DNA of 64,000 bases. Source: Callorhinchus milii (Eukaryota). Both the position numbers and the translations under genes were made by a program. This document shows positions 1 through 11,562 of this stretch, in pieces; position 1 is the stretch's first letter, and each line of letters opens with the position of its first letter. The stretch covers positions 20,090,001 through 20,154,000 of the forward strand of contig NW_024704742.1 in NCBI RefSeq assembly GCF_018977255.1, read 5' to 3'. Under the pieces are notes generated by a model, which made no database searches, had not been told where the DNA came from, and saw nothing but the letters and a program-made list of their open reading frames with translations.

Positions 1-1137
1 ATGAAACACCCACAGAGGTTACTGCAGTAGTGTAGTTAATGTATCTTTGACTTTAATACCATGGCTAACCTTGACACAAGCAGTAACTCTTTCTACGAGA
101 CTCATTCTAACTTACTAGTTCTGCAGAAACGCTGCTTCAGTTATATTTCCACTTAATCCTGCTGTGAAATTTGCCGTTAAAACATTAACTATGTGGGTTA
201 GTCCAGTTATTCATTGCGATTTCAATTACATAGTGAAAATGGGTCCCAAATTAACAAACTTACATCATTACCTATCTATTTGACCTTTGTAAGTGGTATC
301 CTGACATCCTCAAATCTTTCATTTAAGAGACAAAGAAAAAAACAAAGGATTAGAAGGGAGCAGAACCTTGCAGAAAACATTTTTTTTTAAAAAGGCTTTA
401 AAGAGGCCTGTCTCTACCTGTAAAGAGAAACGAATAAAAGTCAAGCTTCACACCATCCTGCAGTAAAACCTTTGCAGAAGTCACAAAAACATCAGGTTTA
501 TGTACAACAGGATTATTATACTGCACTCCTGCCAGTCTCTGTTGTAGCACAGTATTCAGTTATAATTAGAAATGTGACTGAATCTGCAGCATCAGGTTTA
601 TTACAGAGAGCCAACTTATATAAATCACACAGCCAATGCTGCATTTCTCAACACAGCATAGCGTCATTGATTTTGAGACCTTTCTGTTTTTTATAGAAAG
701 CTACATTTTCCCCTAAAAGGTAGTAAATGCAGAGGTCTGTAACCTTTTTTGGCAAATTTATGACTCGGGGTTTCTGTAAATGGTTTTATGCTCTATTAAA
801 AGCGGTACTTTGCTACCTCACCTGCTGAAATTAATTTCCTTAACTGAAGCGGCAATCATTTATGTTGATATATTTTATGCAGGGGATGAACAGCGCTGCC
901 CAGTGCCGTGTATGTAGATGAAAAAGGGTATTTGTCTTCAGCCACTTCGTTCAACAGCTGTACTTTGCAAGGCATTAAACCAGCTGTCCTCACCAACCAG
1001 AAACTCACATTTACATTTTAAAAACGTTTACTTTGCTTGGTGCAAAGCTGTAAAGTTTCAGTTTTCTCACTCACTCTACATAAATTTTGGGAAGTTTTAT
1101 AAAAGCGCTACATAAAATGCCCATTACAGCAGCAAGA

Positions 1138-1232
1138 GAGGTCACAGAGTTAGGTTTGTGAGGAGCAAATTTAGAACAGACACCAGAAAGGTATTTCTTT
1201 ACACCGAGGGTGATCAACTGTTGGAATGGGTT
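1138..1232 (+). mobile_element. Short CR1 LINE ORF2 3' fragment
   Basis: GAGGTCACAG...TTTAGAACAGACACCAGAAAGGTATTTCTTTACACCGAGGGTGATCAACTGTTGGAATGG corresponds to the CR1 'RGH..KL...FR...RK.FF..RV...WN.L' segment. Confidence 0.6.
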
Positions 1233-2040
1233 AAAAGATTATGGTGGATGAGGTCAGGGCATTGGCACATCTGGGTGTCCGACACATGTGGAAACCCATC
1301 AACATGCTTAAGAGAAACCAAACCATTCTGAGAGTTGCATGTATCCCACCTATATATGGAAATTCCAGAGATGTTGGAATGAAATGTGTACTCTCTCCCT
1401 GGAAGGACATATCCTGCTTTTCTAATTCTGGAAAGCAGGTTGGCAAGAGCCAAGACTTGGGGACCCCAGCGTGTGAGTTGGGGTAACTGCTCGAGTCTTA
1501 AGCAGGTAAAACTGTATAGCTTGTCACTGAGAGAAGCTTTCCTGCTGCTTGTCCAGCTAGGACCACCCTACCAGTTAGGACTTTGGCTTGGAGGGTTAAC
1601 AGGAGCTGAGTGGGAGGATTCCCTGCCCCCAGTGACTGGCCTGCCCTTCCAGGTCCTGCCAATGAGCCAGACCGACTGTGCTTGCATCAACCATGCCCTG
1701 GAGTAATGTGGCCCCACCTAGCTCAGGAACGGGACTACCAAGACCGATGCAGACATTCCATTGCCAAACATGTCACCTGAGAGACAGATTAGCTCCAAAG
1801 AGAACCCGTTTACCCCCCACCCCAGGAGGATAGTCACTTGTTGGTCATTTGACATATGACCATCACGGGTTGAGCCTTCGATAGATGAATGGCAGGTATC
1901 AGGAACTCCCTGCGAGCTTCCAGGTGGGCAACACAGCTCATCATGAGAGCAATGCCATCATTTTCCTGTCCACAGACATATATCCCTTCCCATTGAGCTA
2001 TGGTTTCACGAGTTGGAGGTATGAAAGAGCTTGATATTTG

Positions 2041-2400
2041 ACTTTGAACTCATATAGTCTAGGGCAGGCTGACACTCCAGTGCAGTGCTGGAGGAATGCT
2101 GTGTTGTTGAACGTGCCATTAAACTGAGGTCCCATCTGCCTGTTCAGGTGGACATTAAGATCCCATGGTACTGTTCCAAAAGAGAAGGGAGTTTCTCATG
2201 GTATCCTGGCTGACAATCACCAAAATAAGTTTGGTCATTCACTTCATGGCTGGTTGTGGAACTTTGCTGTGAGCAGACTGGCTGCCACACTGACCTATAA
2301 AATACAAGGCCACTGCACTTTACAGTAAATCCTGTGAAGGGCTTTTTCAACTCAATGTGAAAGCTTCTTTATCAAATGCAACAATTGTGAGGATTATTAT
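2041..2400 (+). mobile_element. Deu-domain tRNA-SINE (SacSINE1-like), 5'-truncated
   Basis: GGCTGACACTCCAGTGCAGTGCTG...TTAAACTGAGGTCCCATCTGCCTGTTCAGGTGGAC...GATCCCATGG...GCTGTG...GGCTGCC, ending GGATTATTAT; many other copies in the window. Confidence 0.8.
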
Positions 2401-3346
2401 ATTGTAATATGAAGACAATAGGGTTGGCGTGCGGGATGACAGCGTGTATACGGGAGCTATTTGATTGTGCGTGCGTGTGTGGTCATCAGTCGAACTCAGT
2501 TTTACTCTCTAATAATAATCCTTGCATTTGATATTGCGCATGATCATACTACTACAACACAGGGGTATAATGTATAGTTTGGGACACGACATGTCAAGCG
2601 ACCGCTAGTATGGTGGAAGGCGAACTAGATGGACCTTGGTCTTCTTTTTGTGAGTCTCCGTATGGGGGAGTCCCTATTCTCAGCTCTCTGGGATGCTGGG
2701 AATTGTTTTTTTTCATTGGAATTGCATTTTGTAAAGCAGGTTAAAAACAAGGACACCAAAAGGTTCTCGCACACAGGATAAAAAGCTCCCCTAGTAGGGA
2801 GGAATGTGACTTGATGTGGAGACTGATGGATATGTATCCTTTGTTCTCCAGCCCAATAAAAGCACAACCTAAAACAACGTCTGCCTCTGACTCCAACATG
2901 TCACAGGACTGACATGAGGCAGAAGGAGTGAAGATTGTAAAGAGAATCCAAGCTTATTGTCCCAGATCCCAATATGAGATAGAGCAAGTAACTATCTACT
3001 AAGCAGGAAACAGTGCATAACAATGGGAGGTAGCAAACTGACTGAGTCTAATATACAAAATGGAGGAGGCGGGATTCTGAAATACTTTCTAAAAATCAAT
3101 AGCATTACTAAAGAGGTAGTTAAGTCTATGTTGACAGTGCTTCTTGGCTTCTTGCCACCGCATTAAATTACTCAGCTAAAGTCTCACAGTTATTGCACGT
3201 GGGTGGACATTTTGAAAATATAGCTTTGACAGTGGTAATATATCTCTCAATGATATAATGAAGCTTTGCGAAGGTGAGAGAATAGGTTAAAAATGATTGC
3301 TTACAATTTAGCTTCTGCCCCTTTCTCAGTTTGTTTTGGGTCTTAC

Positions 3347-3535
3347 TGTTAGCCTGGCTCTGGGTTAAAGTGCTGTGGGTTCAAGCCCCATGTAGGGACT
3401 TGAGTTTGTAATCCAGGTTGATGTCCTGGTGCAATACTGAGGGACCCATTGCATTGTCGGAACTCGGGTCTTTTTGATGAAATTTTAAATGGAAGACGTG
3501 TCTGTTTTTAGGGGAATTGGTAAGCGTTTTTCTCG
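3347..3535 (+). mobile_element. Deu-domain SINE 5' part, degenerate
   Basis: TGTTAGCCTGGCTC...GTGGGTTCAAGCCCCA head shared with the copies at 6397, 24378 and 56503(-). Confidence 0.65.
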
Positions 3536-4209
3536 ATGTTATGGCATACAATCCTCGCCATTACAGTAAACTCCTGATCACTCCAAGGAAATAGGTGCTC
3601 AGTGATGAATTATCCAGAGTAGTGAGTTAGGCATGTGTATAAATACATAAATAAATGTGGCCGGGATATTGACAGCATGATAAGTGTTAGTGATAAGTTA
3701 AGAAGGTTATTGGGAATTTACTGCAATTGATTATTCACCTTGGGATTTTGCTGGTGCCAAATGTCTGTCACATTTGCCTAAAAATATAGTCATACTTGAA
3801 AAAAATAAAAAAATTCAATGGTATAGGTTTGTGAAGTACATGTTTCTTGATGTAGTAACGTATTTAGAAAAATGTAATTTCCTTTGTCCTTTTCTTCTCT
3901 CCCTGTCTTGGACGAGACTGAGATACGATTCTATACTCTGGTTCTGAGGGAGTGTTTCTGAGCAGAGCCTGCATTCTGCTGCGTTCTTTCTGCTGCCGAT
4001 TGAATTCATATACTTCCCAAACCAGCTTCTCAAGGTAGAGTCAGCGGCTTTGGGATTGCGTCGCTCAGTTTAGATTCGCACAATGAGTTTGAACCCAAAC
4101 AGATTTTTTTTAAAAATTGTGCTTTTCACAAGGTTTTCTGTTTTAAGTGACAGACTTTTTTAAAAAAAATTCTGAATTTGTGGAAAAATGAGATTTAACA
4201 TATACACAA

Positions 4210-4404
4210 AACACTGCAGACGCCGGAAATCTGAAACAAAAACAGAAGTCACTGGGAACAGTCAGCAGGTCAGGCAGCATCTATGGAGAAAGGAAAGTGA
4301 GTCAACGTTTCAGTCCACAACCCTTCGTCAGAACAGTTCAACATTTTTCTTTCTCCATAGATGTTGCCTGACCTGCTAAGTGTCCCCAGTGACTTCTGTT
4401 TTTG
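4210..4404 (-). mobile_element. Penelope-type terminal-repeat fragment forming a long inverted repeat, with a minimal hammerhead core
   Basis: 16-bp direct repeat TTTAACATATACACAA at 4194-4209 and 4405-4420; ~60-bp inverted arms; minus strand reads CTGACGA-AGGGTTGTGGACT-GAAAC-GTT at 4331-4304. Confidence 0.7.
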
Positions 4405-4564
4405 TTTAACATATACACAATTTGCTGAAGGTATTGCCATGATCATTTTATGTTGCCGTTGGAGTATCACAAAACGAATTGTCACCAAAATCACCAACTC
4501 ACTTATGATGACACCTCACCAATACGCTGTTGGAGCAGAATAGGACTCCGCTTAAAAGCCTGAT

Positions 4565-4795
4565 TTCCACTATGGAGCCATCACAGCCCAGCCCTGTTGT
4601 TAACATTTACATCAATGCTTTCCAACCAGGTATTAGATAGCGAATAATGGTGGAAATCCTGGCTGGTTTCTCCTCTTTAGTCTAAGGATGCTTTAACACT
4701 GATATTGCTGTCCTGGATGGGAACAGCTAATTCAGCACAAATCAGGGATCAAATCTGGGCCCTTCCTGGTCTCTTTAACACAGCACTACAACGTG
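4565..4795 (-). mobile_element. AmnSINE2-like ancient tRNA-SINE relic
   Basis: Minus strand AGACCAGGAAGGGCCCAGATTTGATCCCTGATTTGTGCTGAATTAGCTG...CAGCCAGG...TCGCTATC...GGAAAG...GGCTGTGATG is collinear with the AmnSINE2 consensus as recalled. Confidence 0.6.
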
Positions 4796-5514
4796 TGATA
4801 TTTATGCTCCTCATAAACCAGATCAGATAATTACATTGCCTTTCTTTGCAGCGAAATTGAACTACATCTTAGAATTACAATTTTTTTATCTCGCTACATT
4901 CTATTAAAGCCATTTGTAGTAAGAGAAAATATTGATTAAACAATAACAGACCACATTGTGAGTGTGTGTGGGGTGGGGGGCGGAGGTGAGGAGGAAAGGG
5001 AAATGGAGGGAGCATAAAATAAGATAAGTGACTACAATAAATAGAACTCTAATTCTGTGTAAAGTCTGAATGTCAGACATGCTTACATATTTTACACCTT
5101 CCCAGAGGCTTTCCTTCACTGATATTACAGTGGCACTCCCCAGTGTTTTTATATCACACCAGATTGTTCTAAAGATACGACACCTCTGGGAACTGTCTGT
5201 TGATGTGTAATGACAACAGATGTGCCAGCCAAAGATCATACATCTTCAAACCTCCAGAGGTGAATCGTTGGAAAGATTATCGATGAATTGTTACATTGTA
5301 CAATTCACTCTGGAACCCGAATTTAAATCTCGCCTCTGCTGTAATGGCATTCAACACTGACAGATGCAATGAGTCCAATGGGATTGAAAAGGACTCATTC
5401 CACTTCAGAATGCACGCTATTCAGCAAATTTGGATGACTAATCCACCCTAAATTATAGGTACTATAGTTTTTATGGTATTTTAAGAATGAAAACGTGCTT
5501 CATTTTGTGTTTCT

Positions 5515-5812
5515 TGGCTCAACCCAAAACAAGTGGGCATAATTTTAAAATTAGAGCCAAGCCATTTAGGAGTGAAATCAGAGAGTTTTTTTTTCACACA
5601 ACAGGTAGTGGAAGTTTGGAACTCTCTTCTCCCAAAAGGCAGTGGATGCTGGATCCATTCCAATTTTCAAGACTCAGGCAGATTTTTGCAAGGTAAGGAT
5701 ATCGAGGTATATGGGGCAAAGGCGGATAATTGGAGTTGAGATACAGATCAATGATTTAATAGAATGGCGGAACTGGCTCTAGGGGCAGAATGGTCTACTC
5801 CTGTTCCTATGA
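5515..5812 (+). mobile_element. CR1 LINE 3' end
   Basis: Encodes TSGHNFKIRAKPFRSEIREFFF / VVEVWNSL; 3' tail GAATGGTCTACTCCTGTTCCTATG. Confidence 0.85.
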
Positions 5813-6396
5813 CCCTATTCTTCCATCATCTTTGTTTTCCTCATGTTATTCACTTCTTTGGGGACATGGTTAGTGTATGGGACTTAGCTCCGGGTCTCTC
5901 CAACAAGAAATCAAATACAAAAATATGGGAGATGTGAGGGAAATATTTGGAGCAAACATTTGGAATTGTCCTGATAATTTTTTTTTTTAACATTCGCACA
6001 TTGCAAACCCCAAACAAATGAGGGGTTATGACCATTCAAATTAAGTGCTTTATGTAAGGGATCAGAATGAGAATATCTGACTCCACCTCTAAGTGGATTG
6101 ATTTTGAATGCTTTCAAATTAATTCTTGCTCCGTGGCCCAAAGCTACAAACTTAGCCAGGAAGATCACTGGTTCAAATTTCTATTCAGCGTCATGCAAGT
6201 CACCTTCAGGGATCTCAGCCACTAATAGGATTTCCCATTGTAGTTGTGCAATGCCAAAGGCATAGTGTGTAATCCTGAGTGAAATATTTCCCCACATAAA
6301 TTCTTTACTGGCACAGGGAATGGAACAATTACATTGAGGTAGCAAAATGGAAGGTTTTTAGTTTGGCACCAGACATGTGGGATGAACCTCCACAAA

Positions 6397-6794
6397 TGTT
6401 AGCCTGGCTCAGTTGGTTGCATTCGCCTTCAAACCCCCTCTGGAGACTTTGAGCTCATAGTCTCTCTAGGCTGACCCTTCAATCCAGTGCTGAGGGTGCT
6501 TTGCATTATCAGCAGTGTCATCCTCTGGATGAAACATTAAACTGAGGTCCTATCTGCTTGTTCAGATATATGTTAAAATCCCATGGCACTATGTGAAAAG
6601 TGAAGGAGATTTCTTCCAGTGTCCTTGCCAACAATTGATCAGATAAACGTGGTCATGACTGTTCATATGACTTTGCTGCATAAGAATTGACTGCCATATT
6701 TCTCTACACAAAAAAAGTCATTGAACTCTGCAATAAATCCTGTGAAACACTTCAAAACATTTTGACACCATGATAAAGGGCAAAGATTATCATT
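6397..6794 (+). mobile_element. Deu-domain tRNA-SINE, near full length
   Basis: TGTTAGCCTGGCTCAGTTGG head, central TTAAACTGAGGTCCTATCTGCTTGTTCAG, tail CAAAGATTATCATT. Confidence 0.8.
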
Positions 6795-8069
6795 TCTACT
6801 AAGAAATAGTTTTCCACCTTTAAACCAACAGGTTATGAGTTAAAGGAAGGTTTATCTTTTCCCCAATGAATATTGTAACAGTTACTTGCAAACAAACATT
6901 CCAGATTATTGTGACACAAAAAATTTAGTGGTGAAGCTAATTAGAATTATTTGTAAATTGCTATTAGTAAATTGCTATAGTTACAATAATCCTTGCATCT
7001 AATATAGCACCGTATCACTTCTTTGATTTAATGGGAAAAAGTTACCATTAAAGTGGCCTATCATTGCTGCAATTACATGAAGTGTGTGTGTAAACTAACA
7101 GGTGTGAAAAACACCAAAATGAGCTCAAGAAATATTTATCACGCAACATCATTCAGCTGTTTTTACATCAACTCAAATTGATTTGCAGTCAACTGTATCA
7201 ATGCTACTTGTCAAAAATTGTGATTGCAAGCGACAATCATATTAGTTTACCATAAACCTCACACATCTTATCAGCAACATCAAACATACTAAACCAACTC
7301 CTAGGTTATTCCCAATGCACCTCAGATACCCCTTTAGGAAATTGGAAACTCTCCCAATAGTGCTTTTGAAGATGCTGTTTTTCTGTTACGGCACAACAAT
7401 GGACTAAGAATGGAATTGTAGCAAAGAAAAAGCTCAGTACTTAGTTCTATATGCTGCTCTTGAATCAGTACAGCTTGTCAAACATCAATTTGATGTTTCC
7501 CAAGAGAAAGAGAAATTTGGTAGCCCACTGAAGTTAAATGTGTAGAGATAGCTTGAACATGGAAAATGTTAGTCAAACACCATGGCCAACACAGCTATTT
7601 TACTTTAATCTCATCAAATTCCTGTGGGATAACCATATGGGTGTGAGCTGCAGAATTGCTTTCATCCCTAGCAGCGGACTATTTTTGATTAGAAAGTAGC
7701 TTAACAATCATCAGATGTAGACAAGAACTATATGACCAGCTTTCAGATTCTTAGTGGCAGAGAGAGTGCAATCAGCTCCAATGGGCTTTATGTTCAATTT
7801 TATATTACGTTGAGTAGTGTGATGTAGGGAGAAGCACTTCATTGGCTGAATCAACCTAGTTTAGAGCAATCCACGATGGATATAAATAAAGCCCTTGTTT
7901 GCAATATTTGGCACTGAGTGCTCAATGATAATTATGAAGTAAGCCATAGTCAATTAAATAAATCTCAATAATGTAGATTGTTGACCTCCGTGGAAATTAA
8001 TGCACAAGATGTCTCTGCTTCACTGCATACAGTACTGCTTGCAATTTTGTTTTTACCATATTTCAGTAA

Positions 8070-8230
8070 AGAGAGAGTACAGTGAAGGGCAACAACTAAA
8101 TTGATGGCTGGAATTAGTCACCTGAATTCGGAGGAGGGTCTATGGAAACCGGGAATGTTCACACTGGAGATGGCTAAGGTGAGATCTTACTGAAATAATC
8201 AAGTCTTAGAGTGTAGAAAAACTAAACCTT
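8070..8230 (+). mobile_element. Degenerate CR1 ORF2 fragment
   Basis: GAGAGAGTACAGTGAAGGGCAACAACTAAATTGAT...GGCTAAGGTGAGATCTTACTGAA resembles 'ERVQRRATKLI...RLRGDLIE'. Confidence 0.55.
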
Positions 8231-8232
8231 GA

Positions 8233-8545
8233 TCAGCCTACCTCAGTTTGTAACACTCTTACCTCTGAGTCAGAAGGTTGTAGGTTCAAGCCCCACTTTG
8301 GGATTTTGACATATAGGTTATGCTGACACTCCAATGCAGAACTGGGGATGTACTATATTGTCAGAGATACCAGCCTTTGGATGAAACATTAAACTGAGGT
8401 CCTATCTGTCTGATCAGGTGGATGTTAAAGATCCCATGACACTATTTGAAAAGAGAAGGGAATTTCTTCCAGTGTTCTGGTCAATAAACCTCACCAATAA
8501 AATTGGTCTCTCACTCTATTTCTGTAGGACATTCACTGCATGGCA
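8233..8545 (+). mobile_element. Deu-domain tRNA-SINE, 3' end cut by L2
   Basis: CTCTGAGTCAGAAGGTTGTAGGTTCAAGCCCCAC...GGATGAAACATTAAACTGAGGTCCTATCTG...AAAGATCCCATGAC. Confidence 0.8.
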
Positions 8546-8554
8546 GCTCCAATG

Positions 8555-9213
8555 ACAACAAGATTAGTATAGCGCCTTTCACGTCGGGAGGACGTCCAAG
8601 GTGCTGGACAGTGTACAGCATTTCAGACCCGAGCTGGTGTTGGGGGGGTAAGGGAGGGGAGGGGAATGGGGGTGACTGATGGTATGGTCGAAGAGGAGGG
8701 TTTTGAGGCGGGACTTGAAGGAGGCTAAGGAGGGGGCGAGGTGGAGTGATTGGGGAATGGAATTCCAGAGGCTGGGGGCAGAGTGGCTGAAGGCTCTCTC
8801 CCCAATGGTGGGGTGGGTGGGTGGGTCGGGGGACGTAGAGCAGGCCGGAGCTGGTTGAGCGGAGGGAGCAGGCGGATTGATAGGGGGTTAGGAGGTCACA
8901 AAGGTAGGGTGGGGGAGGCCATTGAGGGGTTTGTAGGTGAGTACCAGGATCTTGAACTGGATCCTCTGAAGGATAGGGAGCCAATGGAGTCGGGCGAGAA
9001 TGGGAGAGATGGGGTCACAAAGTTTGGTGCGGGAGAGGACACGGGCTGCAGAGTTCTGGATTATCTGCAGCCTGTGGAGGGAGGAGTTGGGAAGGTCGAC
9101 AAGCAGAGCGTTTGCATAGTCGAGCCTGGAGGTGATGAAGGCATGAACAAGAGTTTCAGCGGCCTGAGGGGTGAGGTAGTGGCAGAGTCGGGCGATGTTA
9201 CGGAGGTGAGGGA
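8555..9213 (-). mobile_element. L2 LINE 3' portion (ORF2 C-terminus plus 3' UTR)
   Basis: ORF 8888-9232: HLRNIARL..LT..AAETLVHAFITSRLDYANALL...LQIIQNSAARVL...ISPILARLHWLPI..RI.FKIL; L2 tail GGACGTCCTCCCGACGTGAAAGGCGCTATA. Confidence 0.92.
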
Positions 9214-10020
9214 AGACAACAACAACCTGCACTTATACCATGCTCTCCATGCAGGGTAGCATCTCAGAACGCTTAAATAAGTGAGATCTATGGATGAGGC
9301 AAAAGAAAAAGATCCTTGTTCATTCCACTGATTCTTGCAACCAATAATTTTGCAATTACTTTATATTAAATGCAGCGCAACTGAGCTTTTGGTGGACAGT
9401 TTGTACCTTCTCTCCCAGAAATTCAAAACAAATTAATAAGAGATTGCAACATATAGGGTTATTGAATGCTTTGAAATTCCACTGTTTTCAAAAGCACCGT
9501 AGGGCTTTATAGCATTATTTCCTTTAGATCTGGATTCTTGATCAATATCTCTTGATCTGGTGTAGTTTCTGAAGTGTGGCAATTTGAAGCAATATTTATT
9601 TAACACATTGATCCATTTGTGTTGCATCTAGCCAAAATTAAAATGACTAACTTTGGCAGGAGATGAAGGTTTAGGACTATTTGTTGTATATGTGAATGGG
9701 AATCTGCATTGATAAAGCCATTATTTTGATGGGAAACTTGCATGACGTTTTGATTCACTTTTAATTACTGAACTTGTAAAACACCAAATAATCCTTGTTA
9801 GTTCTATTTAAATCCAAGGAATGGGTTCAATTCATTTTCATTATTATGAATAAATCTAGGATATTCAGGTTTGAATTCTACTCCAATTGGTTCTCATCTC
9901 TCAAGTTTAAAAATAAGATTCCATAATGAGCCTCTCAACCATCTTGATACGTTTTACTGATTCCCTTGAAATTCACAGAAAATCTGCATTGCAACAACAC
10001 CTCCTTTACTTGTCTGGGCC

Positions 10021-10120
10021 TAGGGGTGCAATCCCAGGATTTTGAGAGTACAATGCCATACGAAATCCTGGAATCCAATACTGTAATAGTGCTCCAAAAA
10101 TCCCAGGATTGCAGCCTCAA
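10021..10120. mobile_element. ~100-bp hAT-type MITE
   Basis: Imperfect TIRs TAGGGGTGCAATCCCAGGATTTT / AAAATCCCAGGATTGCAGCCTCAA; flanks TCTGGGCC (10013-10020) and TCTGGGCT (10121-10128) as an 8-bp TSD. Confidence 0.7.
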
Positions 10121-10139
10121 TCTGGGCTATTCTCTATGA

Positions 10140-10424
10140 AATGTTGGGCAAGCTTCCTTTCTCCACATGCCTACGTTTATCTTGCATGAAGTAGGAACCT
10201 AGTTGTTAGTTGATTGGTGGATCATTTTTCGGGGATAATAATTCCTTCAAAAAAAAATATTGGTCACTCAATCCACGACTGTTTGTGGAACACTGCTTTG
10301 CACAATTGGTTGCTGCGTTTCGCCCACAAAATATAGTCAATTCACTTTACGGTATATTCTGAAGCACTTTGAGACACCTCAAAGACTTGATAAGGCTCTA
10401 TATCAAATGAAAGTATTATTATTA
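10140..10424 (+). mobile_element. tRNA-Ala-type SINE, older long variant, 5'-truncated
   Basis: TTGGGCAAGCTTCCTTTCTCCACATGCC + extra ~60-bp segment + CCACGACTGTTTGTGG...TATCAAATG...ATTATTATT. Confidence 0.75.
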
Positions 10425-10879
10425 TGAGTCATCTTTGTCTTTCTCCAGTGTTCCTGAACTCTTGCTTACCTTTCTTGTTTCTGAAGCCCTGTCCCCTGCT
10501 TGGCTTTACCTCTCCTATGCTGCCTTTTGCATCACAGTTTCTCTTGATACCCTGGCCAACAATCCCCCAATGCAATTGATCATTCACATCATTGCTGTTT
10601 GTGTGTCATTGCTGTGTGCAAATTGTAAATCTCTAATATCTCATAAATGGAACATATTTTAAACAAGTGCAACAAAATAGGATCTTAACATTCTTGCCAA
10701 CATACATTGATGAGTGCCAAGTTTTCTTTGATAACACTTGCAGGCAGCATGTAAACCCAACTTTCTGTCAAACTGCTGCATATATTATGCCAATGTAGTA
10801 ATGAACTACTAATCCATTGCCTTTTAACTTTATTTTTAACATTTGATAATGCTTGTCAAAGTTACATCCATTGTGATAA

Positions 10880-11070
10880 TCCCTCAAGAAAAAAAACAAT
10901 AATAATTTGGTCACTTCAATCCACGACTGTTTGTGGGACACTGCTGTGAGCAATTAGCTGCCGCATTTTGCCCACAAGAAAGTCAATTCAATTTACAGTG
11001 TATTCTGTGAAGCGCTTTGAGACGTCTAGAAGACGTGAAAAGCATTATATCAAATTCAAGGATTATTATT
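10880..11070 (+). mobile_element. tRNA-Ala-type SINE 3' half
   Basis: AATCCACGACTGTTTGTGGGACACTGCTGTG...GAAGCGCTTTGAGACGTC...AAGGATTATTATT. Confidence 0.8.
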
Positions 11071-11562
11071 GGTGCCCAGAATGTCATGTAAACAGTATCT
11101 AATACATGAAGTCATTATTAATAGCGTCTTTATCACGTATCTCCAAAGCTGAAATAGACCTATCTGGATATTTGCCAGTCACTGCACTACTTTCTGAAAA
11201 CATGTCCATTGAAATGTTTATTGTTTTCATTCCAGAGATTAAACTTTTGCTGATGAACATTAATTACCTAATTTATCATTTAAACTTTCAGTTGGAGATG
11301 AATTGATTGCATTTCTTGGCACATTACTTACAGGAATGACAAATCCCTTACTAAGATTAGTTATTTTAAATAATATTTTATTTATGTAAGGTGATTTCTC
11401 ACCAGACTGTTGCACTGTTTGGCTGGGAATATTCAAAATTGCCAAGTGAAAATAATAATACTTGCATTTGATATAGTGCCTTATCACGTCGTTGAGATGT
11501 CTCAAAGCACTTCATTGATGTCTCAAAGCACCTCACTATGTTCAGCTTCAACGAACACTCAA

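Noticed and set aside
1235..1990. GC-richer segment with overlapping short ORFs
   Set aside because: Probably an unclassified repeat remnant; no termini, TSD or protein motif found to support a call.
3878..4040. Plus-strand pyrimidine tract + AG ... AAG|GTAGAG as a possible exon
   Set aside because: GAG acceptor, weak donor and stops in all three frames.
8511..9259. 157-169 aa ORFs as host genes (also 19346-19716, 59043-59569 and 61177-61590)
   Set aside because: They are alternative-frame or antisense translations of L2 ORF2 fragments.
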